NCBI GenBank assembly: GCA_038062115.1
Contig: JBBTXS010000008.1
Span: forward strand, 12,484-76,483
Direction: 5' to 3'
From: Patescibacteria group bacterium
Lineage (GTDB): Bacteria > Patescibacteriota > Microgenomatia > Levybacterales > UBA12049
Length of the DNA stretch: 64,000 nt
Made by a program: the position numbers and the translations under genes. Under the pieces are notes generated by a model. It saw nothing but the letters and a program-made list of their open reading frames with translations, did not search any database and had not been told where the DNA came from. How positions within the stretch are numbered: the stretch's first letter is position 1; each line of letters starts with the position of its first letter. Shown piece by piece: positions 1-7,818 of the stretch.

Positions 1-25
1 GAAGTATAATTAAAGTATTAAAAAT

Positions 26-1363
26 ATGTTTACAAATAAAAAATCAGTCATTTTCATAACTAAATCTAAAATAACAGTTTCGGATGTAGTCCTTGGCGAC
101 AAGCCAAATGAAAAGATCATTGGCCAATTCGGTTGGACACCTTATACTTTAGATAATGTTCTATTACAAATCAAAAGAATTATCGATGGTACTATAAGAA
201 TACTTTTAAGCGAAGACTTTGTTTATGTAGTAAATTTGTCTTTGCCTTCAGGCTCAATCTTAAATAAAGACTTTGTTCTACAAAAAGCCCAAGAACTTAT
301 TCCCGAAAATCTCAGAGAAACAACATGGGATTTTAAAGAAATAGCAAGCCCATTACCCTCTTCTAGCAAACAGCTAATGACAACAATACAGGTGGTTGCT
401 GTAGTTAAAACTTTGTTTGAAGCATTAAGTAAATCAATTACAAAGGCAGAATTGCAAGTTGAGGCAATAGAGCCTTTGTCTTATGCTTTGGCTCGCTTTA
501 CCAAACAACAAGAAAAACCTTTCCTTTTTGTCTATGTAGATACGGAAACACTTTTAACTCTTGCTCAAAAAGAGGCAGTTTTGGCAACACAAAGGCTCAA
601 TAGTCTTACTCCAACAAACATAAATCAATTTATTATATTTGCAAAAGAGAAGTTTTTGGCAGAACCCCAAAATATAGTTTTTTGTGGAAATACCAACAAT
701 ATTGATTTAAAAGAATACGAGAATCTAAGCTTTAAAGCCGTAATCCAAGATATAAGTCCTGCAATATCTTTGTCTTATAAAGAGGATATTAAGGGTAAAG
801 ACGAAGATGTGCTAAATTTAGGATTATTAAAAATCTTGCACAAAGATAAAAATGAAATTTCAAACAACCTGCCAGCTAAAGCTCCTATACAAAAACATCA
901 TTCCCCAAATATACCTATAATTGCAATGGGTTTCTTCGTAGTGCTTGGGATTTTTGGAGTTTTGCTTATATACAACAACAATATGTCACTAAAAAACAAT
1001 AAGTTATCTCCTATTCCAACGTCTCTACCAACACTTTCTCCCACACCATTCGTAACACCAACTGCAAAAATTGATTTATCTAAATATAGTATTACAATAC
1101 TCAATGGAACTGGCAGGGCGAAAGAAGCAACAAATATAGAAAGTCTTTTAAAAGATAATGGTTTTAATGTAATAAAAACTGGAAACGCAGATAATTTTAA
1201 TTACGAAAAAACCGAAGTTAGTTTTAAAGAAAAAGTTCCAAATGAGTTCATCTTACTGCTTGACAAGTCCCTAAAAACTCTGTACGATTTTTCTATAGGC
1301 ACAAAATTAGAAGAAAAAGAAGATACTGACATCTTAATTATTATAGGTAAAAGCACTAAATAA
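26..1363 (+). CDS. Membrane protein with C-terminal LytR_C-type domain, possibly PilM-like pilus assembly protein
   Basis: 445-aa ORF from ATG 26. One central TM helix (IIAMGFFVVLGIFGVLLIY). C-terminal ITILNGTGRAKEATNIESLLKDNGFNVIKTGNADNFNYEKTEVSF fits the LytR C-terminal domain pattern. It ends 3 nt before a pilin gene, so the PilM-like role is contextual inference. Confidence 0.5.
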   Translation: MFTNKKSVIFITKSKITVSDVVLGDKPNEKIIGQFGWTPYTLDNVLLQIKRIIDGTIRILLSEDFVYVVNLSLPSGSILNKDFVLQKAQELIPENLRETTWDFKEIASPLPSSSKQLMTTIQVVAVVKTLFEALSKSITKAELQVEAIEPLSYALARFTKQQEKPFLFVYVDTETLLTLAQKEAVLATQRLNSLTPTNINQFIIFAKEKFLAEPQNIVFCGNTNNIDLKEYENLSFKAVIQDISPAISLSYKEDIKGKDEDVLNLGLLKILHKDKNEISNNLPAKAPIQKHHSPNIPIIAMGFFVVLGIFGVLLIYNNNMSLKNNKLSPIPTSLPTLSPTPFVTPTAKIDLSKYSITILNGTGRAKEATNIESLLKDNGFNVIKTGNADNFNYEKTEVSFKEKVPNEFILLLDKSLKTLYDFSIGTKLEEKEDTDILIIIGKSTK

Positions 1364-1366
1364 TAA

Positions 1367-1936
1367 ATGAAGAAATTATCAGTTCTCATCCGTCAGTTGA
1401 CGGATCAATTCTCAACTCGGAAGGGTTTTACCCTCATAGAGCTTTTAATAGTCATTACGATAATCGCTACATTAGCAGTTACAGTGTTTGTAGCTCTTAA
1501 TCCTGCGCAAAGGATCAAAGATGCAAAAGATGCAAGAAGAACTTCTGATATAGATTCTATTCTTACTGCTATTCATCAAGCGATCGTTGATAACAAAGGA
1601 AGCGTTCCTAGTAATTTACCAGCTAATCCTGGTGCAGGAAATCCACCTAACGAACGCCAATTGGGCACAGGGGATGCAACAGTAGCAGCAGGATGTGGTA
1701 CAGCCATAGCAACAAATGGATGCAATACGCCAACACTTACAGCCTGCGCAGATTTAATGACTGGAACAATAAATGTAAGTAAATACCTCAAGACTATGCC
1801 GATTGATCCATCTGGCGGAACAACGTACACCGCCGTAAAAACGGGATATAGTGTGGCGCGTGATGCTAACGATATAATTACTATAACAGCTTGCAATAAG
1901 GAGGGGACAGGAGCAAATATTCAAGCCTCAAGATAA
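1367..1936 (+). CDS. Type IV pilin / pseudopilin (prepilin-type N-terminal cleavage-methylation domain)
   Basis: 189 aa. Class III signal motif RKG|FTLIELLIVITIIATLAV (Gly-Phe cleavage site, Glu at +5, hydrophobic helix), followed by a Cys-containing globular part. Confidence 0.85.
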   Translation: MKKLSVLIRQLTDQFSTRKGFTLIELLIVITIIATLAVTVFVALNPAQRIKDAKDARRTSDIDSILTAIHQAIVDNKGSVPSNLPANPGAGNPPNERQLGTGDATVAAGCGTAIATNGCNTPTLTACADLMTGTINVSKYLKTMPIDPSGGTTYTAVKTGYSVARDANDIITITACNKEGTGANIQASR

Positions 1937-1941
1937 AATAC

Positions 1942-3231
1942 TTACTTATTATTTGCAATTACATTCCAAATATCATTATATTTTCCCTCATATCCAACCG
2001 CCCAGACTGCAACTCCACCTAAGTTCTGACTTTTTATAAATTCCATTTTTGCTCTTATTGACTTTTCATCTTCGTAATATATTTGTTTTATCGCTCCACT
2101 TTGTTCATATACTAACCATGGAGACATTGCCTTTTCGTCCCAATGCCTTACAATGTCTTTTCTGCCTCCCAAAAGCTCTTTTACTCGTTTGTAAGTTGCC
2201 AAAGCGCCACTATTAGGAACCACAATACTTTTATGTTTTCTATTTACAGTCTCCCACTCGTAACCATAAAATGGCACAGCTAAAATTACCTTGTCCATTG
2301 GCACGCGACCAACAAGAGAATTAATCGACTGTTTAATGCTATGTTCGTTTAACTCTGAATCCAAAGGAGCAACATGCCCAGCAACTAAAGAAGAGGGGGT
2401 ACGATAGTCATACGCCATAACAATTATTTGGTCTACCAACTCTCCTATCTTAACCATATCATACGCTTTATCAGATAACATTACAGTCGCATTTACATCA
2501 ATGCTAAGCAAATATTTTGGGTTTTCATTTTTAAGCGTTGTCGAAACATATTGCAAAAAGTCAGTCATGTATCTAACTGTTGGAAAATTAGAATCGGTAA
2601 AGTATTCAAAATCAAGATTTATACCGTCCAACTCATACTTTTTTAAAATATCAAGTGCGTATTTTGTAAATCGATTGGTTGATGTAGAATTACTTATTAG
2701 TTTATCTATACTTTCGTTGTCAAACATTTTAAAAGCAACTAACATTTTAGTTTTACTTTCTTGAGCCTCATTTTTAAGACGAGTAAAATAGTCAGATGTA
2801 AAATACTGCCATTCAAGAGTGGGCTCATTTTTCTCGTTAAACATAATTACTTCGCCATTGTCATTCACTCCAATACCAAAATAAATTATTTGAGTCATTG
2901 CTTTCGTATCAACCTTAATGTTTTGCGCAACCATCCAAGAAGGCAAAAAACCAATTACATGTCGGAAGTTTGTTTCCAAAGATTCGCTAAAGTATCTATT
3001 AGTACTCTCTGGCAATGCTTCTTTTCTTACTTTTTGAACTGGAGATATTAAAGAAGAATCATTAATCTTATCAGCGCTAATTAAGTATATTCCCCCAAAT
3101 ACAATAAAGAAAAAGATTGTTGTAATTAAATCTATCGCTATAATGTGTTTTTTGACAACGTTCTTAATTTTAAACAAAAATGGTTGATTTTTAAACTTGA
3201 TAAAAGCTTCATAAAGATTAGTGGGGTCCAT
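1942..3231 (-). CDS. Glycoside hydrolase family 18 (chitinase-like), N-terminal TM anchor
   Basis: GH18 signature LDGINLDFEY (DxxDxDxE with catalytic Glu, middle Asp replaced by Asn) and MAYDY motif. TM helix IIAIDLITTIFFFIVFGGIYLI. Start moved to ATG 3231 (MDPTNLYEAF) because the ORF-track start at 3285 would overlap the response-regulator gene by 44 nt. Confidence 0.75.
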   Translation of the reverse strand: MDPTNLYEAFIKFKNQPFLFKIKNVVKKHIIAIDLITTIFFFIVFGGIYLISADKINDSSLISPVQKVRKEALPESTNRYFSESLETNFRHVIGFLPSWMVAQNIKVDTKAMTQIIYFGIGVNDNGEVIMFNEKNEPTLEWQYFTSDYFTRLKNEAQESKTKMLVAFKMFDNESIDKLISNSTSTNRFTKYALDILKKYELDGINLDFEYFTDSNFPTVRYMTDFLQYVSTTLKNENPKYLLSIDVNATVMLSDKAYDMVKIGELVDQIIVMAYDYRTPSSLVAGHVAPLDSELNEHSIKQSINSLVGRVPMDKVILAVPFYGYEWETVNRKHKSIVVPNSGALATYKRVKELLGGRKDIVRHWDEKAMSPWLVYEQSGAIKQIYYEDEKSIRAKMEFIKSQNLGGVAVWAVGYEGKYNDIWNVIANNK

Positions 3232-3241
3232 GTTGTCAGAT

Positions 3242-3625
3242 TTATTTAGCTTCAATTGCCTCCAATATGCTTTTAATTTTATCAACTATAGTATCAGGAG
3301 TATTTGCGACTTTCTCAAGATACGCTTCCGCGCCAAATTCTAGTCCCTGTTTGACAATAATATCTTGATCCAAATTTGTAAGAAGCAACACTGGAACATT
3401 CTTTTTAAGACTATTCCCCTTTATTGCTTTTAATACATGTAAACCATTAATATCTGGAAGAACAATATCTAAAACTACCATATCATAAGTATTTTTATGA
3501 AACGCGTCGAGACCTTGCCCACCGGTAGGAAAACCGTCAACAGTAAACCCAGAAGCTTCTAGCTCCTCTTTATAAATTTCCCTTATATAGTCCTCGTCCT
3601 CAATAAGCAATATTTTTTTATTCAA
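3242..3625 (-). CDS. Receiver-only response regulator (CheY-like)
   Basis: 127 aa. KKILLIEDEDYIREIY acidic pocket, phospho-acceptor context MVVLDIVLPDINGL, conserved LLLTN and K-containing C-terminal part. No output domain. Confidence 0.85.
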   Translation of the reverse strand: MNKKILLIEDEDYIREIYKEELEASGFTVDGFPTGGQGLDAFHKNTYDMVVLDIVLPDINGLHVLKAIKGNSLKKNVPVLLLTNLDQDIIVKQGLEFGAEAYLEKVANTPDTIVDKIKSILEAIEAK

Positions 3626-3678
3626 TATTACTCCCTACAATATTAATTTAGTGTAGAAAACAAAAGTTGTCAACACCT

Positions 3679-3897
3679 TTAGTCAAAAAGCATCAATTGG
3701 CACATTTTTTTGATGAATTTTTGTAGAGATTTTTGCTCTATTTGCCTTATCCTCTCGGCTGATACTTTATATTTTTTACCAATAGTCTTAAGTGTTGTAT
3801 CTCTAAGTCTTTTTATTAATATGTCTTTTTCTTTTTTATCTAATTCTTTTGCTGTTTTAATTATTGTAATAAAGTATTTCGCAGTTTGACTACTCAT
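3679..3897 (-). CDS. Small sigma-70 region 4-like HTH protein
   Basis: 72 aa. IGKKYKVSAERIRQIEQKSLQKF resembles the region 4.2 HTH of sigma-70 factors. No regions 2 or 3 are present. Confidence 0.5.
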   Translation of the reverse strand: MSSQTAKYFITIIKTAKELDKKEKDILIKRLRDTTLKTIGKKYKVSAERIRQIEQKSLQKFIKKMCQLMLFD

Positions 3898-3955
3898 TTT
3901 ATATAGTGTTTTGCAATGATTATTATTATATACTTATAATGACCTTAATTTCTTA

Positions 3956-5086
3956 ATGAAAATAAGACTAATCATCCTTGCGATCCTAATTTTGCCTTTA
4001 TTGATAACTATAAATAACTCTACATCTCATAAAAACATAGAGTCCTCCACTCGCCCAGTTACAGTAAACAACAAAAAAGTCTCAAGCGAAATTTCTGCAA
4101 TTGTAGAAACTAACAACCTTGATAAACAAGTAGCCCTCTACAAAAAATTAATCGCTAGGGTTGGACCAGAAGCTGCTCAAGAAGAACTTTTGTACTCAGG
4201 TTTATCTTTTGATGGACAAACTCACCTCCTCAATCATACGGTTGGGGATTATCTGTACGATAAATACAAAACTTCTGGTCTTGCTTTTTGTAAAGATTAC
4301 TTTTTATCTTCTTGCTACCATGGTTTTGTTATAAGAGCAGTGGCCGATGGAGGATTTGATGCGCTTAAAGAAGTTATGTCTGTCTGTTGGCAAAAAGGAG
4401 AACCTGTAGCAGTACAATGCTCTCATGCAATTGGACACGGGCTTTTAGCCTGGATTGGCTATGCCAATTTAACAAAAGCTTTAAATGATTGTGACAAGTT
4501 AAGCCAAGAGTCAAAAGATTTTCCGCTTTACAATTGTCACGACGGCGTATTTATGGAAAATATTTGGGCAGTTCACGAGAATGGTAAACTATCTAAAGAT
4601 AGTTGGTTAAGTGAAGATCCTGTATACCCTTGCAACGATCCAAGAATAGATAGTAAATATATTCAAGCCTGTTGGTCAAATCAACCCATGCGAATGTATC
4701 AAATGTTTAAGGCAGATCTTGGAAAAGTTGGAGAAGAGTGTCTAAAGCTTACTGATAACACATACAAAATTACATGCTTTGATGGTTTGGCTCGCCAAAT
4801 CCACCCTTTAACCAAAGGAAATGCTCAAGAAGTATTCAAACTTTGCTCTACTATGCCAAGCGTTTGGGTTGATCCTTGTATAACATCTATTGCAAAGGCT
4901 GCTTTTTCGGTTGGCGACACCACAATTCCATTCAAACTTTGCTCTCAAGTCCACGAAAACTCAAAAGCATCCTGTTTTGAAACTCTTGCAGATATTATAC
5001 AAGCTTATACAAGAAACAATCTTAAAGAACGAAAAACATTGTGCGACAAAATTCCTAATATTATCTTTAGACAAAAATGCACATAA
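3956..5086 (+). CDS. Secreted Cys/His-rich protein, one copy of an unassigned domain (CYHG / CxHGxGHG / GVFME / YPCN motifs)
   Basis: 376 aa. Signal anchor MKIRLIILAILILPLLI. Motifs SCYHGFV, QCSHAIGHGL, NCHDGVFMENIW, PVYPCN, then repeated Cys-pair units. Same motif order as two segments of the ORF at 5259..7778. Confidence 0.65.
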   Translation: MKIRLIILAILILPLLITINNSTSHKNIESSTRPVTVNNKKVSSEISAIVETNNLDKQVALYKKLIARVGPEAAQEELLYSGLSFDGQTHLLNHTVGDYLYDKYKTSGLAFCKDYFLSSCYHGFVIRAVADGGFDALKEVMSVCWQKGEPVAVQCSHAIGHGLLAWIGYANLTKALNDCDKLSQESKDFPLYNCHDGVFMENIWAVHENGKLSKDSWLSEDPVYPCNDPRIDSKYIQACWSNQPMRMYQMFKADLGKVGEECLKLTDNTYKITCFDGLARQIHPLTKGNAQEVFKLCSTMPSVWVDPCITSIAKAAFSVGDTTIPFKLCSQVHENSKASCFETLADIIQAYTRNNLKERKTLCDKIPNIIFRQKCT

Positions 5087-5258
5087 TTTTTACTTTAATT
5101 GGAGTTGTTGGAATTATTTTATGATGAGTTCTCGCTTGTTAAAGCGTAGTATAAGAGAAAGTTTTCTCCTTTGTTTCTTTTTGTGCACATATATAATATA
5201 TAACTGTACTTGTTCACTTTCTGAAGTTGGTTGTATTACGGCACGAAGGGTTGGTGGT

Positions 5259-7778
5259 TTAGATTACGCTTAGGCACCAGGATCGCCCTTGGGAATCAGG
5301 GATTTTTTTGCATTCTTTTTTTGCAACATCTTTACTATTATTCCAATCCAAAACTCCATTGCCAATCTGCTTGAAACAACTTTCTCTATTTTGAGGATCA
5401 GTGAGTCCGCAAAAATCAATCATTTTTTGCATATTTCCTACAAAACGATAAGATAGGGAAGATACAACACCCGCAACACAAATATTTTTAAAATTCTCCG
5501 AAGGCATAAAATCACAATCTTTTTTCATTGTTTCTAAAGACGAAGTAAAGCCAACTTGATTTGTACCTATGGTTCTAAAACACCGGTCTTGATATTTGTC
5601 GGGGATTTGCAGACAAAGGTTAGCAACTTTTTTCCAGTCTTGGTTAGAAATAATAGAAAAATAAGAACTCTGATATTGCCAGCAGAGGGATTGATATTTT
5701 TCCTCCAGAATATTGCATGGATAAAACGGATCATCGGGCTTAATATAGATGCTGGCATGGTCAAAAGAGGTAGAGGAGGAGGAGTTTTCCATAAATACGC
5801 CCGTATAACATCTTTCCTTATACTGCTGATTTCCAATAGTGTCGCAAAGTTTTAAAGACTCCTTGAGTTCCATTTCCGTTACAAACATTGCCGCATGTCC
5901 CATGCCATGAAGACACTCATTGAACTCAATGGGTTTTTGGTAATCGTTTTGTTTTCCGCAAATTTTGGCAAACTGATTATCTAAATTAAATCCAGTCTCA
6001 TTTGTCTTCTCTTTTAAATAAGCCTCCAGAGTTCCGTGATAACATCCTCCATGACAAGTTGAATCACACTGGGCATAAACTTTGGCAATATTATTTTGCA
6101 AGGCATACTCCAAGCGAGATAAATAATGAGTTACCTCGTGACAGCGAGCATAAACTTCTGGATATTCTTCATTCTCTTTAAAAACTTTAAGTGTTTTAGC
6201 CAAACCGAATTGGTTATACAATACATCTGCAGCCTTTTTATAGCATCCGTCGCGGCCATTTGTCTCAAAGCACTTTTTTAATTGAGCCCTGACATACAGA
6301 TTAGTGTCTTCATTTTCTTCTTTTGGGGCAAAATTAATTTGTACCTGCCTATTATATTCCTTAATGAGTCTATCTACATTTTGCAAACATTCCTGGCTTT
6401 TTTCAAACGCATTGCAAACTTGTTTTGATTTTTCAGACCAGCCGGGTATTTCTTGGAAAACCAACTCTCCTGCGGCAGCTTTTGCGCATTTATTAACATA
6501 TTCCGGTACCTCCATTTTTTGGCAGCCCGCAATTATTTGGCTAACAGCGCCTTTGGATGCAAGAGAAAAACCTAACGCGTCAAAACAACTCTCTTTGAAA
6601 GGTTTTGATTGAGAAGAAAGACAAATTTCAACCACTTCGTCAAATCCCATATTAAATCTACTCATTAAAAGAGAGGCCTGGTTTCTTCCGCAGGATGAAG
6701 AGTAAGTATAGCCAAACTCTTTTTCAAGCTGATTACAGGGATAAAGAGGGTCTTCTTTTTGGAAAAAACTTAAAGGTGCAGATCGTACAAATTCCATGAA
6801 TACCCCGTCAAAGCAGTATTCTTTGCCCGATGTCAGCTTTCTACATGAAACAAGCGCTTTTTTTAAATCAGATGTTGAATAATAACTTGCAACTCCATGT
6901 CCAATTCCGTGGATACAGCTTGCAACAGGGCCGCTCCCATCAGGGCCTAACTTTAAGCAGGCACTCTGCGCATCCAGCAGATAATCAAGATTCTTTGAAA
7001 AAGCCTTATCTAAAAATCCATGATAACAACCAAAAGCAAATTGAGCAGAGCAGTCTTTGATACCTTCAAATCCATTTTTTTCATATATTAAAAGTCCTGA
7101 AAGGTGAGCCAAGTCGTGAATGTTGCCAGAGGACCCCCCTTCTCCTTTGAAAACATCTTTTATATATTCCCAAGCTTTTGAAGCACCGTTAGCATGGGCA
7201 AGTTTCTCAAGTGCTTTAGATTGAATATCATAAGAAAGTTTTTTGAAGCTTTCTTTGCTAGGTAGTTGTAGTTGTCCGCTATCTGGCGGGTTTGATGTTT
7301 TTCTAAAATTGAAAAGGTTTTTTAATTTGGTAAATAAATTATTGACTGTGTCCTTAAACTTTGTAATAAAAGTATTTAAAGAAAGATTTTGTTTCATTTC
7401 TTTTTGTGAATCTTGTGCGCTAGAGATCTCTTCATTAATAACTGTTATAATCCCTCTCATGTGGGGAAAAAGGTGATCATGGTATTTCCATACTCCTACT
7501 TTTTTAGTCTTAAATGCCCAGGATTCTCCCGGCTCAATTGCTTTTCTGGGGTCAAACTCGGGATATATCTGATGAGTCGGATGGGTATTGCTGGCAGGCC
7601 ATCTTGACTTAGTGTCTTTATTTACAAAGATTATGCTTGAGTTTTGATCTATCGTCACCTCAGCAGGCATAAAACCATCAGGGATCATTTCTATAACCGA
7701 AACTTCTGAATGGGCAAAAACATTCTTAGGTGCAAAAAAAATTACAACAATTAAAAAGAACAAAAATAACTTGAACAT
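5259..7778 (-). CDS. Secreted cupredoxin-like domain protein with two copies of the Cys/His-rich domain
   Basis: 839 aa. Signal peptide MFKLFLFFLIVVIFFAPKNVFA. N-terminal beta domain has NTHPTHQIYP and WKYHDHLFPHMRGIITV, the same motifs as the 144-aa ORF at 45308..45742. Two repeats follow with GCYHGFL/GCYHGTL, SCIHGIGHGV/ECLHGMGHAA, YCFDGVFMEF/RCYTGVFMEN, PLYPCN/PFYPCN. Confidence 0.7.
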   Translation of the reverse strand: MFKLFLFFLIVVIFFAPKNVFAHSEVSVIEMIPDGFMPAEVTIDQNSSIIFVNKDTKSRWPASNTHPTHQIYPEFDPRKAIEPGESWAFKTKKVGVWKYHDHLFPHMRGIITVINEEISSAQDSQKEMKQNLSLNTFITKFKDTVNNLFTKLKNLFNFRKTSNPPDSGQLQLPSKESFKKLSYDIQSKALEKLAHANGASKAWEYIKDVFKGEGGSSGNIHDLAHLSGLLIYEKNGFEGIKDCSAQFAFGCYHGFLDKAFSKNLDYLLDAQSACLKLGPDGSGPVASCIHGIGHGVASYYSTSDLKKALVSCRKLTSGKEYCFDGVFMEFVRSAPLSFFQKEDPLYPCNQLEKEFGYTYSSSCGRNQASLLMSRFNMGFDEVVEICLSSQSKPFKESCFDALGFSLASKGAVSQIIAGCQKMEVPEYVNKCAKAAAGELVFQEIPGWSEKSKQVCNAFEKSQECLQNVDRLIKEYNRQVQINFAPKEENEDTNLYVRAQLKKCFETNGRDGCYKKAADVLYNQFGLAKTLKVFKENEEYPEVYARCHEVTHYLSRLEYALQNNIAKVYAQCDSTCHGGCYHGTLEAYLKEKTNETGFNLDNQFAKICGKQNDYQKPIEFNECLHGMGHAAMFVTEMELKESLKLCDTIGNQQYKERCYTGVFMENSSSSTSFDHASIYIKPDDPFYPCNILEEKYQSLCWQYQSSYFSIISNQDWKKVANLCLQIPDKYQDRCFRTIGTNQVGFTSSLETMKKDCDFMPSENFKNICVAGVVSSLSYRFVGNMQKMIDFCGLTDPQNRESCFKQIGNGVLDWNNSKDVAKKECKKIPDSQGRSWCLSVI

Positions 7779-7818
7779 GTTTACAATCTACTATTATACA
7801 AAATTAGGCAGAGGAAAG

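Noticed and set aside
3232-3285. Longer GH18 start at 3285
   Set aside because: It would overlap the response-regulator coding region by 44 nt. An in-frame ATG at 3231 removes the overlap. The choice remains uncertain.
4890-5273. 127-aa plus-strand ORF overlapping the 3' end of the gene at 3956..5086 and the convergent intergenic region
   Set aside because: It overlaps a better-supported gene in another frame and continues into AT-rich spacer. No motif.
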